DNA of 64,000 nt from Bythopirellula sp. (GTDB lineage Bacteria; Planctomycetota; Planctomycetia; Pirellulales; Lacipirellulaceae): the NCBI GenBank assembly GCA_965216565.1, contig OZ244170.1, positions 2,240,001 to 2,304,000 on the forward strand, written 5' to 3'. Positions 29,769 through 41,001 of this stretch are shown here, one piece after another. A model generated the notes under the pieces. The model was not told the DNA's origin. It was given only the letters and a program-made list of their open reading frames with translations, and made no database searches. Positions within the stretch are counted from its first letter, which is position 1. The number at the start of each line of letters is the position of its first letter. Made by a program: the position numbers and the translations under genes.

Positions 29769-30170
29769 TCACTCAAGATAGGTCGCATAGCATCGTGGCG
29801 TCTCCCACAGACGCACCTCAACAATCGGCACGTCGAGCAATTTCGATTGCTGAAAGATAAGCTTGGCGATGTTCTCTGCGGTTGGATTCTCGTCGAGCAA
29901 GTACAGCGGTTCGCCCATCTCTTCCAAAATCGGGACTACGGGGTCCGATTTGTTCAGCAGCATCCGATGATCGAGATTGTCATCAATCCAGGTGCTGACT
30001 TTCTTCTTGATGTCCGAAAAGTCGAGCACCATCCCACGATTGTCGAGCGTCTCGCCTTCAATGGAAATCACCGCTCGACCATTGTGTCCATGCAGATGCC
30101 GACATTTGCCATCGTAGTTCAGCAGACGGTGGCCATAGCAAAAATCGATTTCTCTAGTGACTCGGAACAT
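29769..30170 (-). CDS. queD: 6-carboxy-5,6,7,8-tetrahydropterin synthase
   Basis: GHRL...GKCRHLHGHN, GMVLDF, LDH, NPTAENIA, WETP. Confidence 0.93.
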   Translation of the reverse strand: MFRVTREIDFCYGHRLLNYDGKCRHLHGHNGRAVISIEGETLDNRGMVLDFSDIKKKVSTWIDDNLDHRMLLNKSDPVVPILEEMGEPLYLLDENPTAENIAKLIFQQSKLLDVPIVEVRLWETPRCYATYLE

Positions 30171-30389
30171 AGAAATAGAAATCCTAAAAAACGGTTTAGT
30201 TACCTGGCTCAGCTCATCAAGCTATGGAGTTGAACTCCACAAGGTCTTGCGTCGAACTTAACAGCAATCCCCTTCGTCTAAAAAGGAGGGGTAAGGGGAG
30301 GATTAATCTCGCGCTGTATTCTCGCGCTGTATTATTGCTTCTTTGCCGGAAGCTTTCTTAAAGTAAGAGACCAATCAAAATAAACAGGT

Positions 30390-31076
30390 TCACCCAGTAA
30401 ACGCAGCTTCAACATAATGGGTGGGATCGCCCCCCGGCAAGCTGCGCATGGCGTTGTTGCGTTCTTCACACTTATTGCACCGGCCGCAGTGCATTCCACC
30501 GATCGGAGACAGGCAGGAAAACGTCTCTTCCATTGGCACAAGTTCGGCCCGGTCCATCAGTTGCGACTTTGTCATATCCGCCAGTGGTTGCACGATTCGT
30601 ATAGGAGCCAGCTGCCCTAGTTCCATCGCTTCAGCAAATTGCGTAAGAAATCCCTCGGAAGCGTCCGCAAACGGATTCGCAGAAAGCGTGCCCAATGCGA
30701 GTTCTTCGATCCCATGCTTTTGGCACCATAATAGTGGCTTGAGCATGAGCAACGGATTGCGGCCCCACAAATAGACTGCCTCATCGGGAGTCGAATAGCC
30801 AGGCGTCTCCACGCCCGTCATGCTCCAATGGGCTCCATACAAATCGCCGACCGGCTGAGAGAGCACCACTAGTGGATTGAGTTGCGAATCAGCCATGTTG
30901 GCAAGCAACCGATCAACAGCCTTTCGTTCGGCAGTTTCCCAGACACATCCCATCTCTACGTAAATCGGCTGGACGCGGTGCCCGCGGTGGAGCATCTCGG
31001 CAAGCAACAGGGTACTATCCGCACCGCCGCTGAATAGCACCGCAACATTCTCGGTCGTTCTGGGCTGCATATACAT
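30390..31076 (-). CDS. queC: 7-cyano-7-deazaguanine synthase-like protein
   Basis: LFSGGADS PP-loop, GRN, TFSC...HCGRCNKC. Confidence 0.85.
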   Translation of the reverse strand: MYMQPRTTENVAVLFSGGADSTLLLAEMLHRGHRVQPIYVEMGCVWETAERKAVDRLLANMADSQLNPLVVLSQPVGDLYGAHWSMTGVETPGYSTPDEAVYLWGRNPLLMLKPLLWCQKHGIEELALGTLSANPFADASEGFLTQFAEAMELGQLAPIRIVQPLADMTKSQLMDRAELVPMEETFSCLSPIGGMHCGRCNKCEERNNAMRSLPGGDPTHYVEAAFTG

Positions 31077-31290
31077 CGATGAAGTCCGCTGCTACGAAAT
31101 GGTGGCGTGAATAATTGCTGATAGATGAACGTCCGTAAGCCTATCACAACCAAGTTAACTTGCAACAATTCACCACCAATCGCTAAAGAACACGAGACAA
31201 CACAAAACTCGTCTTGTGCTTGTCTCTGAAGACATTGATATTGGGGACCTATTGAAACTACTATCCGGAGTGAGCCCCCGTTCAAACCTA

Positions 31291-32382
31291 ATGACCTACT
31301 TCGCCAAACGTCGTGACCGATTGCGCAAGAAACTTCGCAAGGATCGAGTCGACGGAATCCTGATCACCAACTACACGAACGTCAGCTACCTTTCAGGTTT
31401 CTCCGGCGAAGATAGCTATCTCCTGTTATCAGCCGATCAGGACCTGATCATCAGCGACGAACGTTTCACCACTCAGCTGGCGGAAGAATGCCCCGATGTG
31501 GAACTCTCAATTCGTGGCCCGGGCCAGAAGATGATTGACCGCCTCGGCTCTGAAATAACCAGCCACAAATTCAAGCGGCTCGGTTTCGAGTCGAATTCTG
31601 TAACGGTCGCTCATCATAGTGCCATCAGTAGTGCGGCAAAAAACTGCGAGTTGGTCTCTTGTCATGGCTGGGTCGAAGAGTTGCGTACCATCAAGGATCG
31701 ACAGGAAATTGCAAGAACTCGTATCGCCTGCGACCAGGCGCGGCGTGCTTTCGAAGTGGTACGGGCGGGGCTGACTCCCGATCAAACCGAGCTACAGGTC
31801 GCCGCTGACCTCGAATACCAGGCGCGACGCCTTGGTGGCAAATGTCTCAGCTTCCCGCCTATCGTGGCGACTGGTGCCCGGGCGGCTCTGCCTCACGCGA
31901 ACCCGACCGATCAGAAAATTGGTTCTGACGATTTCACCTTGATCGACTGGGGAGTGAACGAGTCGCTGTATGTCAGCGACTTGACGAGAATTTTGGTGAC
32001 CGGTAAAATCTCGCCCAAACTCCGCAAGATATATGGAGTTGTGTTAAAAGCGCAGCTGGCGGCAATCGATGCCATCAGGCCGGGCATCTCGTGCGAGAAA
32101 GTCGATCAGGTAGCCCGCAAGATTATCGCCAAGGCCGGATACGAAAAACAGTTTGGCCATGGGCTAGGTCACGGCACCGGATTGGATGTCCACGAAGCTC
32201 CTCGGCTGAGCAAGGGCCAGTCGGAAGAGTTGAAGGCAGGCATGATTGTGACCGTCGAACCCGGTATCTATTTACCGGGTTGGGGCGGAGTAAGAATTGA
32301 AGACGACATATTAGTCACCAAAGATGGACACGAAGTGCTGACTTCCGTGCCAAAAGAGTTAGACGAATGCATAGTTGGTTAG
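31291..32382 (+). CDS. Xaa-Pro aminopeptidase (M24 family)
   Basis: IDWG...SDLTR, HGLGHGTGLDVHE, TVEPGIY, GVRIEDD. Confidence 0.95.
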   Translation: MTYFAKRRDRLRKKLRKDRVDGILITNYTNVSYLSGFSGEDSYLLLSADQDLIISDERFTTQLAEECPDVELSIRGPGQKMIDRLGSEITSHKFKRLGFESNSVTVAHHSAISSAAKNCELVSCHGWVEELRTIKDRQEIARTRIACDQARRAFEVVRAGLTPDQTELQVAADLEYQARRLGGKCLSFPPIVATGARAALPHANPTDQKIGSDDFTLIDWGVNESLYVSDLTRILVTGKISPKLRKIYGVVLKAQLAAIDAIRPGISCEKVDQVARKIIAKAGYEKQFGHGLGHGTGLDVHEAPRLSKGQSEELKAGMIVTVEPGIYLPGWGGVRIEDDILVTKDGHEVLTSVPKELDECIVG

Positions 32383-32438
32383 CTCGCTGGCGTCCGCCAC
32401 TGCGGATAGCCCGGCAGTAAGCCAGAGGGAGATACTCA

Positions 32439-32927
32439 ATGGGTAGTGGAGGTTCAGGTTCCGGCGACGTATTCGACGTCCGTAAGGTGCGTCGTCTCGT
32501 CGAATTGATGAACGAACACGAGTTGGCCGAAGTCGATCTCCGTCAAGGGGAGCAACGCATCCGATTGCTTCGCGGACATCAGCCAATGATCGCTGCTGCC
32601 CCCGTTGCACCCGTAGCCCCACCCCCCGCTGCGGCGCCTGCTCCGGCCGCGCCTACCAGCGGATCGGACGCCCCCGCCGAGGACGATGCCGGCGCAACCT
32701 ATGTCACCAGTCCGATGGTTGGCACTTTTTACACCGCTTCGAGTCCCGAGTCACCGGCCCTGGTTAGCGTGGGTGACAAAGTCGGACCCGATACCACCAT
32801 GTGCATCATCGAGGCGATGAAAGTGTTCAACGAGATTCCTGCGGAATGCTCGGGCACTGTCGCTGCAGTGCTGGTGAACAATGGCGATTCCGTGGAGTAC
32901 GGCCAAAAGCTGTTCCAGCTGAAGTAG
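32439..32927 (+). CDS. accB: Acetyl-CoA carboxylase biotin carboxyl carrier protein
   Basis: SPMVGTFY, IIEAMKVFNEI; Ala/Pro linker. Confidence 0.97.
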   Translation: MGSGGSGSGDVFDVRKVRRLVELMNEHELAEVDLRQGEQRIRLLRGHQPMIAAAPVAPVAPPPAAAPAPAAPTSGSDAPAEDDAGATYVTSPMVGTFYTASSPESPALVSVGDKVGPDTTMCIIEAMKVFNEIPAECSGTVAAVLVNNGDSVEYGQKLFQLK

Positions 32928-33029
32928 AGCACCGGACGAGCGAGTTGCGATTATAGAAAAAAACGCAATCGCTGAACTTCGCTTTCGATGATTTTGCTCT
33001 CGGACCCACAGGCAAAAACTTACGAACCT

Positions 33030-34376
33030 ATGTATCAACGAATCTTAATAGCCAATCGGGGTGAGATCGCCCTCCGTATCATGCGAGCCTGTCGCGAGCT
33101 GGGCATCGAGACGGTGGCGATCTACAGCGAAGCCGACCGTGGTTCTCAGTATTTGGAACTTGCGGACGAGGCTTATTGTGTCGGTCCGCCACGCCCTACC
33201 GACAGCTATTTGCGAATTGCCAACGTCATTAGCGCGGCCGAAGTGGGCAACGTGCAAGCCATTCATCCAGGCTACGGATTCCTCGCTGAGAACGCCCATT
33301 TCAACGAAGTCTGCCGTAGCTGCAAGATCGACTTCATTGGGCCCTCGCCCGATTCGATGGCCAAACTGGGCGATAAGAATGCCGCCCGGGACCTCGCCAG
33401 AAAAGCCAACGTCCCCGTCGTACCTGGTAGCGAGGGCTTAATCGAAAACGTCGATGACGCGATGCGGTTCGCTCACGAGGTCGGTTTCCCCGTGCTAATC
33501 AAGGCGGTTGCCGGTGGAGGTGGCCGCGGCATGCGGGTCGCCGCCAACGACCTGGCTCTCAAGACAGCGCTGCAACAAGCGCAGCAAGAAGCAGAAGCAG
33601 CCTTTGGCAATGGAGAGGTGTACTTAGAAAAGTACGTCGAGCAACCTCGCCACGTCGAAGTCCAGGTGCTGGCCGATCATCATGGCAACGTCATTCACCT
33701 GTGGGAACGCGACTGTAGCGTCCAGCGACGCCACCAAAAGCTCATCGAAGAGAGCCCGAGCACGAGTATCGATCAGAAAACACGCGATGCCATGTGCGAA
33801 GCGGCCTGCCGCTTAATCAAGAATGCCAACTACACCAACGCCGCAACGGTGGAGTTCATCGTCGACAAGGACGGCAAGTACTATTTTATCGAAGTCAACG
33901 CGCGGATTCAGGTTGAGCATCCTGTCACTGAAATGATTACGGGGGTCGATCTGATCAAACAACAGATTTTGATCGCCAGCGGTGAACCCCTGGGCGTGAA
34001 GCAGAAGGAAATCAAGCAAACGGGCGCAGCGATCGAGTGCCGGATCAATGCCGAGAACCCGGCTAAGAACTTCCAACCTTCGCCCGGTCGCATCGATCGC
34101 TTAGTCATTCCTGGTGGTTTTGGCGTGAGGTTCGACTCGCACGCTCATAGTGGCTACACAGTTCCGCCGTATTACGATTCCATGATTGGCAAGCTCATCG
34201 TTCATCAGCCAACCCGCGAAGGGGCCATCGCCACGATGAAGCGGGCCCTGTCTGAGTTGAAAGTCGATGGCATCCACACCACGATCCCCATTCATCAAGA
34301 AGTTTTGAACCACAGTGCGTTCGTCGAGGGACGTATCGACACAACCTTTGTGGAAAGAACTTCTTCGTTTGCCTGA
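33030..34376 (+). CDS. accC: Acetyl-CoA carboxylase biotin carboxylase subunit
   Basis: [45 protein letters not shown]. Confidence 0.97.
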   Translation: MYQRILIANRGEIALRIMRACRELGIETVAIYSEADRGSQYLELADEAYCVGPPRPTDSYLRIANVISAAEVGNVQAIHPGYGFLAENAHFNEVCRSCKIDFIGPSPDSMAKLGDKNAARDLARKANVPVVPGSEGLIENVDDAMRFAHEVGFPVLIKAVAGGGGRGMRVAANDLALKTALQQAQQEAEAAFGNGEVYLEKYVEQPRHVEVQVLADHHGNVIHLWERDCSVQRRHQKLIEESPSTSIDQKTRDAMCEAACRLIKNANYTNAATVEFIVDKDGKYYFIEVNARIQVEHPVTEMITGVDLIKQQILIASGEPLGVKQKEIKQTGAAIECRINAENPAKNFQPSPGRIDRLVIPGGFGVRFDSHAHSGYTVPPYYDSMIGKLIVHQPTREGAIATMKRALSELKVDGIHTTIPIHQEVLNHSAFVEGRIDTTFVERTSSFA

Positions 34377-34547
34377 GCCGTTCTCGCCTGCTCACGCCTT
34401 TATTTGCCTGCAAAATGTCGAGGCAAATAAATCCCGTTCCGGCCGCCCGTTGCGACCGGCACCAACTGGAATACAATAGGTTTCTCGCAAACCACCTACG
34501 AATAAGCACCAAATAGAGCAGTCCTGGAAAATTAGGAAGTAGAAATC

Positions 34548-35855
34548 ATGGCTTCGACCCTCTCCCGACCTCCCCGTACCGAACACAATTTCCGTCGCGC
34601 CGCGATTCTATTTGCCGGTGGTCCCGCTCCTGGGGCAAATGCCGTCATCTCGGCAGCCGCCACATCGTTCCTCCGCAACGACATCGAGGTCGTCGGCATT
34701 AAGCACGGCTACTCGGGGCTCGTTGAATTCAACCCCGATAATCCGCTGGAAGAAGGCCGCGACTATGTGAATGTGACGCACAAGATGCTTGGCCGCACAC
34801 GGAACACCTCGGGCATCATACTCGGAACGGCCCGCACGAACCCGGGCAAGATGGTTTCCCACCCCTCGCATCTGACAGATCCTGAGAAGTCGGCTCCGCT
34901 CAAGAGTGTCTACGAATCCTTACGCTCGATCGGCGTCGATCTATTAGTTTCTATCGGCGGCGACGACACGCTGAAAACCGCCAACAAACTGAAGATGTAT
35001 CAGGAACGGCTGCCGCTGGATGCCCACCGCATTCCAATCGTGCATCTCCCCAAGACAATCGATAACGACTACCGCGGCATTGACTTTACTTTCGGTTACT
35101 TCACGGCAGTTGATTTTCTTGCCAATGAAGTGCGAAACCTGCTCGCCGATGCCGAGGCCAATCGAAATTATTTCTTGGTCGAGTCGATGGGCCGCAGTGC
35201 TGGTTGGCTAGCTTTCGGCGTAGCTATCGCTGGCGAAGCGAGTCTCGTCATCAGCGTCGAGGACATCATCGGCAAGTATCGTTCTGAAGAGGAGACAATC
35301 GACCCCAAGACGGGCGAGAAGACAACCCGACCTGTGATGAATATGGACGAGGTGATTCCCCGAATTGTCGCCACCATCACGGCCCGCGAACGCGAGGGTA
35401 AGGAATACGGAGTGATCGTAGTGGCCGAAGGGTTGGCTGAACTGCTGCCTTCCAGTTACCTAGAAGGCATCGGCCGCGACGAGCATGGCCACATTAGCAT
35501 CGCTGCCGTGAATCTGCACCTGACTTTCTCCAAGCTGGTGGCAGAAGAATACAAGAGACAAACGGGCCGTTCGAAATCTCTCAAGGCGTTGCAGCTGGGT
35601 TACGAGGCTCGCTGTGCGCGGCCGCATGCCTTCGACGTCATGCTTGGCAGTCAGCTAGGCGTTGGTGCCTATCGGGCACTGGTAGAAAAGGGACTCAATG
35701 GCGTGATGGTCTCGGTTTCTGGTCAGCTCCAACTGGAATACGTGCCGTTTGATGATTTGGTCGATCCCGAAACTCTGGTGACCGTCGTGCGTTACATCGA
35801 ACCCGATAGCGACTTCCAGAAGCTCACCCGCTTCCTGGAAACATATGTTGAGTGA
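34548..35855 (+). CDS. 6-phosphofructokinase, probably PPi-dependent
   Basis: GGPAPG, GGDDT, PKTIDND, ESMGR, LGYEARC. Confidence 0.9.
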   Translation: MASTLSRPPRTEHNFRRAAILFAGGPAPGANAVISAAATSFLRNDIEVVGIKHGYSGLVEFNPDNPLEEGRDYVNVTHKMLGRTRNTSGIILGTARTNPGKMVSHPSHLTDPEKSAPLKSVYESLRSIGVDLLVSIGGDDTLKTANKLKMYQERLPLDAHRIPIVHLPKTIDNDYRGIDFTFGYFTAVDFLANEVRNLLADAEANRNYFLVESMGRSAGWLAFGVAIAGEASLVISVEDIIGKYRSEEETIDPKTGEKTTRPVMNMDEVIPRIVATITAREREGKEYGVIVVAEGLAELLPSSYLEGIGRDEHGHISIAAVNLHLTFSKLVAEEYKRQTGRSKSLKALQLGYEARCARPHAFDVMLGSQLGVGAYRALVEKGLNGVMVSVSGQLQLEYVPFDDLVDPETLVTVVRYIEPDSDFQKLTRFLETYVE

Positions 35856-35969
35856 GCTCAGCGAGCAAAACTTAGGGAGCAAAGCCTTGCGACGAAGCTC
35901 CGCCGACCAGACCTTTCTAAGATTTAGCTTCTCCAGGATCCAACACAAACTCTCCCCCCAAGACTGTCC

Positions 35970-36581
35970 ATGACCTTTCCCTCGCCGTTCTTCCGTTGGC
36001 GTCCCCACCCTTGGCACGGACTGGAAGTCGGGCCCGATCCACCCAAAATCGTCCAGGCCTATATCGAACTCACACCCTTCGATCGGGTGAAGTACGAACT
36101 GGACAAGCAGACTGGCTACCTGCGCGTCGACCGTCCGAACCGCACGTCCTCCTTCTCGCCAACCCTGTACGGCTTCATTCCAAGAACCTATTGCGGCAAG
36201 CGTATCAAAGCCCTGATGCCGGGGGCAAAAGATGGCGATGGCGATCCGCTCGACATCTGCGTGATTAGCGAACGCCCGATTAACGTTTCGGAAGTTCTTC
36301 TTAACGCCCGAATTGTGGGTGGCTTGCCAATGCTGGACGATGGCGAGGCCGACGACAAGATTATTGCCGTACTCCACAACGACATCATCTGGAGTGAGGT
36401 CGAAGACATTTCAGAATTGCCGAAAGTCTTGATCGATCGACTGCGGCACTACTTCAGTACGTACAAGATGCTCACGGCAGACGACCCCGTCGTGCGGGTC
36501 GATGCCCCCTATGGGCGCGAGCATGCCTACGAGGTAGTGAATGCGGCATTGGCAGATTACACCGATGAGTTTGGCGAGTAA
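35970..36581 (+). CDS. ppa: Inorganic pyrophosphatase (family I)
   Basis: [29 protein letters not shown]. Confidence 0.95.
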   Translation: MTFPSPFFRWRPHPWHGLEVGPDPPKIVQAYIELTPFDRVKYELDKQTGYLRVDRPNRTSSFSPTLYGFIPRTYCGKRIKALMPGAKDGDGDPLDICVISERPINVSEVLLNARIVGGLPMLDDGEADDKIIAVLHNDIIWSEVEDISELPKVLIDRLRHYFSTYKMLTADDPVVRVDAPYGREHAYEVVNAALADYTDEFGE

Positions 36582-36617
36582 CATCGCGAGAGCGGTTGCG
36601 TCCCCATTCATAGCAAA

Positions 36618-37205
36618 TCAAAGCGAACCTTTAGTACTCGGCACGCCAGTCATGCGTGGATCATCCTCGACAGCCATCCGCATCGCGCGGGCTGTCGACT
36701 TGAACACGGCCTCGGCAATGTGGTGACTGTTGCGACCATAATGTAGCAGCACGTGCAAATTGCACAGAGCATTGCTAGCCACCGCCTGCCAGAACTCTTC
36801 GAGTAGCTCGGCGTCAAAGTCGCCAATCTTTTGGCTGGGTGTTTCTGCTTGATACGCCAAAACAGCACGACCACTGAAATCAACCGCGGTGGTAACCAGC
36901 GTTTCGTCCATCGGCAGCGTGAAGTGCCCATAGCGGCGAATGCCCTTCTTGTCGCCGAGCGCCTCCTTGAGAGCAAGCCCCAGACAAATGCCGGTGTCTT
37001 CAACCGTGTGATGGGCGTCGATATGCAGATCGCCCTGAGCACGAATCTTAAGATCCATCGCGCCATGCTTCGTGAACAAGTCCAGCATGTGATCGAAAAA
37101 GCCAACGCCCGTCTGAATATCTGCATTGCCACTACCGTCGAGCTGCAGTTCCAGTTCGATCTGAGTCTCGTTGGTATTCCGAAGTATCTTGGCTGTTCGG
37201 CTCAT
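36618..37205 (-). CDS. hisB: Imidazoleglycerol-phosphate dehydratase
   Basis: [35 protein letters not shown]. Confidence 0.98.
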   Translation of the reverse strand: MSRTAKILRNTNETQIELELQLDGSGNADIQTGVGFFDHMLDLFTKHGAMDLKIRAQGDLHIDAHHTVEDTGICLGLALKEALGDKKGIRRYGHFTLPMDETLVTTAVDFSGRAVLAYQAETPSQKIGDFDAELLEEFWQAVASNALCNLHVLLHYGRNSHHIAEAVFKSTARAMRMAVEDDPRMTGVPSTKGSL

Positions 37206-37424
37206 ATTAGATCTATAACGCTAAGTGGCTACCATGCAGAGCGAACCTGCCGCTCCCGCTTTCCAAACACTCTATCGTATCACGGACACGATTGCCCCCA
37301 GACCGGTTCTACCTTGAAATACAGGGCGATTCCGCCTCGATTTTGCTCTGTAGCCGGCCTGTTTGATATAATCGTTGCGGACGAAGCTTTTTTCGCACAT
37401 GCTGCGCTTAGGAGGGTACAGACC

Positions 37425-37640
37425 ATGTCCCCAATGAAGAGTCCTGTTCACCACTCGTTTGGCGGAATTTCAGAAGAGAATTTCTCGCTCACCCATCTCT
37501 CTAGACGTTGGGACATGTCGCGTCGCGAGTTACGGCACTTGCTCCAGAGTCGGCAACTTCAGTTCGTTCAAATACGAGGGCAATTCCGCGTGCCGCGCTC
37601 TGCAGTTTTGAAATTTGAGCGAGAACGTTCAAGATCGTAA
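37425..37640 (+). CDS. Small helix-turn-helix (excisionase-like) protein
   Basis: GGAGG RBS; FSLTHLSRRWDMSRRELRHLL...VQIRGQFRVP pattern. Confidence 0.7.
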   Translation: MSPMKSPVHHSFGGISEENFSLTHLSRRWDMSRRELRHLLQSRQLQFVQIRGQFRVPRSAVLKFERERSRS

Positions 37641-37676
37641 CAAAAAACTATTGAGCTACGAAGAACCCACAAGAGA

Positions 37677-37949
37677 CTGACGATCCGTTTTTCGCTACGC
37701 ACTCTCCTGATTGTCACAACATTGATTGCCCTGGATCTTGCCAGTTGGCAGGTAAGTCGTGAGCTGGGATTGTTTGCCAACTGCACGCTCCTGGCCGTTG
37801 TGATTGTCTGGGTCGTCCGTCCCTATCGCTTTGGACGATTGGAACCACCCGTGCTCACGGTTCGCAAGCTGGAAAGAGTGGGGGTGTTGAAAGACGGTAA
37901 ATCTAGGGGCAACCCGCGGCTAGCGGTGTCGGCTCAGTCGAACTCCTGA
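37677..37949 (+). CDS. Small membrane protein with RFSLRTLL motif; start unclear, possibly frameshifted
   Basis: Frame reads LTIRFSLRTLLIVTTLIAL... with two hydrophobic segments; no canonical in-frame start before the motif. Confidence 0.45.
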   Translation: MTIRFSLRTLLIVTTLIALDLASWQVSRELGLFANCTLLAVVIVWVVRPYRFGRLEPPVLTVRKLERVGVLKDGKSRGNPRLAVSAQSNS

Positions 37950-37960
37950 TTCGTTTTTCC

Positions 37961-39652
37961 TCACTCATCCGTCACGCAACCTTCGCTTGCGCTTTTGACG
38001 TTTTTGATGTACTTGTAGAGTGTGCCGCGAGTTGCTTTGTACTTGGGGGCTTTCCAAGCATCGCGACGCTTTTGAAACTCGTCGTCCGAGATCTGCACGT
38101 CGATTGTATTTTTCTCAGCATCAATAACGATTTCGTCGCCCGTCTGCACGAGTGCCAGCGGTCCGCCAACCTGCGCCTCGGGCGTGATATGCCCCACAAT
38201 GAATCCGTGCGAACCTCCGCTAAATCGACCATCGGTCATCAGGGCGACATCGCTGCCCAAACCGGCACCCATGATGGCGCTGGTGGGCGTGAGCATCTCT
38301 GGCATGCCAGGGCCACCCTGGGGACCTTCGTAACGGATAATTACCACGTCGCCCTTATTGATTTTCTTCTGCTCCAAGGCCGCCAGCATGTCCTCTTCAG
38401 AATCGTAGACGTTCGCTTTGCCGGTAAACTGCAGACCTTCTTTGCCAGTGATCTTCGCCACGGCCCCATCGGGGCACAGATTGCCCCGCATGATGCGAAT
38501 ATGCCCTGTGGCCTTGATCGGATCGGAAGTCGGATGCACGATCTCCTGGCCTTCCTTGAGAGCCGGCAACTCCGCCAGATTCTCCGCCATGGTTTTTCCG
38601 GTGATCGTCAGGCAATCGCCTGTGATCAGGCCCTCATCGAGCAGCAGTTTTAGAACTGCTGGCGTACCGCCCACCGAATGCAAATCTTCCTGCACAAACC
38701 GGCCACTCGGTTTCAAGTCGGCCAGCAGCGGCACGCGGTCGCTAACCGATTGGAAGTCGTCAATCGTTAGCTTCACGTCCACACTACGGGCCATGGCCAA
38801 GAGATGGAGCACGGCGTTTGTCGATCCACCGACGGCCATGATCAGGACCATCGCGTTCTCGAACGCTTCGCGCGTCATCACATCGCGGGGCTTGATGTCT
38901 TTTTCCAAACAAACCTTGATTGCCTCCCCGGCGTCGAGGCATTCTTGCAGCTTGTCGGGATCTTCTGCGGGGATCGAAGAACTGTAGGGCAACGTCATTC
39001 CCATGGCTTCGATGGCCGAGGCCATGGTGTTGGCGGTGTACATCCCACCGCAGGCACCCGCCCCGGGGCAACTAACCCGCACGATTTGTTTGCGTTCTTC
39101 CTCAGTGATCTTACCCGCGAGGAATTCGCCATAGCATTGGAAGGCACTGACGATATCGCGCTTCTCGGCAGCGCCATCAAACTTCGTCATTCCTGGCTTA
39201 ATCGTACCGCCATACACCATCAAACTGGGACGATTCACTCGCCCCATGGCCATGAGGCAGCCGGGCATGTTCTTATCGCAACCAGGCAGGGTAACGCAGG
39301 CGTCATACCATTGAGCGCCCATAACGGTTTCGATGGAATCAGCGATGAGGTCGCGGGACTGCAACGAAAAACTCATGCCGCTGGTGCCCATTGAGATGCC
39401 GTCCGAGACACCGACGGTATTGAACCGCATCCCAACGAGTCCTGCCTTTTGAACGCCTTCCTTCACTTTGGCAGCCAGATCCATCAGGTGCATGTTGCAC
39501 GTATTGCCTTCGTACCAAACGCTGGCGATGCCGATCTGTGGCTTCTGCAAATCTTCGTCGGTGAGGCCTGTCCCGTAGAGCATTGCCTGAGAAGCACCCT
39601 GGGACTTGGGCTGAGTGATGTGTTGGCTGTATTTGTTCAGTGGCTCAGACAA
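37961..39652 (-). CDS. ilvD: Dihydroxy-acid dehydratase
   Basis: [54 protein letters not shown] before TTG start. Confidence 0.97.
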   Translation of the reverse strand: MSEPLNKYSQHITQPKSQGASQAMLYGTGLTDEDLQKPQIGIASVWYEGNTCNMHLMDLAAKVKEGVQKAGLVGMRFNTVGVSDGISMGTSGMSFSLQSRDLIADSIETVMGAQWYDACVTLPGCDKNMPGCLMAMGRVNRPSLMVYGGTIKPGMTKFDGAAEKRDIVSAFQCYGEFLAGKITEEERKQIVRVSCPGAGACGGMYTANTMASAIEAMGMTLPYSSSIPAEDPDKLQECLDAGEAIKVCLEKDIKPRDVMTREAFENAMVLIMAVGGSTNAVLHLLAMARSVDVKLTIDDFQSVSDRVPLLADLKPSGRFVQEDLHSVGGTPAVLKLLLDEGLITGDCLTITGKTMAENLAELPALKEGQEIVHPTSDPIKATGHIRIMRGNLCPDGAVAKITGKEGLQFTGKANVYDSEEDMLAALEQKKINKGDVVIIRYEGPQGGPGMPEMLTPTSAIMGAGLGSDVALMTDGRFSGGSHGFIVGHITPEAQVGGPLALVQTGDEIVIDAEKNTIDVQISDDEFQKRRDAWKAPKYKATRGTLYKYIKNVKSASEGCVTDE

Positions 39653-39902
39653 CTTGGAACTCCTCAATTTGATGGGTTTGCTGCGAGCGATCGGGGTGTG
39701 CTGTAAGCACCCAGAGAGCAAGGGGATATTGTACTAGCCCCCGTCGGGTGGGGCAGGGGTGAGCAAAAAGTTTGCCAACCCCCTGGCATATTCCGCATAA
39801 CCGGTCCGCCCCCCAGGACGGCCACCGCCACGGTGCGGTTCGCGTAGTAGAGTTGAATTGGGGAATCCCCCACTTATTGAAGACCTCCTTGGACCACTTA
39901 CC

Positions 39903-40853
39903 ATGCCTCCCACCGCTACGCTCTCGCCACCTGACGTCGACACTCAGCCTTCCGAAGTCATGCTTGCCGACGGAAATCGGATGTCGCTGGAAGGCTTGAG
40001 CTTCCACGACTTGAAACAACTGCAGTGGGTCCAAGAGCAGAAATTCGCTCGGGCAATGACCGCTTGCGAAAAGGGCTCTCGAGAACGGGCCTTGGTCACC
40101 GGCCAGGCTTACGACACCATCTGCACGATTCTCGCCGCCCAGCAATCGGACGACAAACCATTAGATATGGGCATCGATCCGCGTTACGCACGCCTGGTAC
40201 TCGACCTGCTAAACCAACAAATCAAACGAGGATTGGGGCAGCCCTCGTTTTTTGAAATTGGTTACGGTAGTGGTTCGCTTCTGAAAGAGGTCAGCGACCA
40301 TGGCTACCGCGTCTCGGGGATCGAAGTCTCGCAGACGATGCAGGAACAAGCCGTGGACGTGCTAGGGGATCGGTTTGCGGATCAACTGCTCGTGGGAGAA
40401 GTCTTAAAGCTAGATCGCGAGTCGCTCCCCGAGCGGCCATCAATGATCTATTGGAACGATGTGTTCGAGCACATTTGTCCTGACGAAATTGAAGACTATC
40501 TCCAGAAAATTCATAGCCTGCTCTTACGCGGCGGAACCCTAGTGACCATCACGCCCAACTGGTTGTTGCGACCTTCGGACGTCACTGGAGATTTCTGCCC
40601 ACCTCGCACAGACGCTTGTGGTCTGCACCTGAAGGAATATCGGTTGGCAGAAGTATCGCGACTACTGAAGAGAGCTGGTTTTCGGCAGGTTGCCACGCCA
40701 CTGGTTGTGAGCCGACGTCGCATCTACCTGTTAGGGAGTGGGCTCCGTTTGCTTAAGCAATGGAGCGAGCTACTCCTCGACCGCCTTCCGGTGAATTACT
40801 CGGATCTCATGTGCCGAGGATTCGGAATGTCGATCACCATCGCGACCAAATAG
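39903..40853 (+). CDS. Class I SAM-dependent methyltransferase
   Basis: FEIGYGSG, GIEVS, DVFEHI, GGTLVTITPN. Confidence 0.88.
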   Translation: MPPTATLSPPDVDTQPSEVMLADGNRMSLEGLSFHDLKQLQWVQEQKFARAMTACEKGSRERALVTGQAYDTICTILAAQQSDDKPLDMGIDPRYARLVLDLLNQQIKRGLGQPSFFEIGYGSGSLLKEVSDHGYRVSGIEVSQTMQEQAVDVLGDRFADQLLVGEVLKLDRESLPERPSMIYWNDVFEHICPDEIEDYLQKIHSLLLRGGTLVTITPNWLLRPSDVTGDFCPPRTDACGLHLKEYRLAEVSRLLKRAGFRQVATPLVVSRRRIYLLGSGLRLLKQWSELLLDRLPVNYSDLMCRGFGMSITIATK

Positions 40854-40886
40854 GGTCGGGTTCTGCTAGAACATCTTTTCTCTCGG

Positions 40887-40950
40887 GTGCCACTGGCTAT
40901 GCCAGTGCTTACCCGTTACCCCAATCAGACACTGGCAAGGCCAGTAGCAC
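40887..40950. repeat. REP doublet (inverted pair)
   Basis: GTGCCACTGGCTATGCCAGTG ... CACTGGCAAGGCCAGTAGCAC between convergent genes. Confidence 0.7.
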
Positions 40951-41001
40951 GCTTGGCGTTTGTGATCTTCGAATCGAATTCCCGGACACCCTCAATTAAT
41001 T

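Noticed and set aside
30308..30333. 13-bp direct repeat TCTCGCGCTGTAT x2
   Set aside because: Simple local duplication with no further copies seen
29769..31076. Dpd/Qat-type DNA modification or defence island
   Set aside because: Only queC-like and queD; no dpdA, TatD or ATPase partners nearby
37425..37640. Prophage or ICE excisionase
   Set aside because: No integrase, att sites or phage genes nearby
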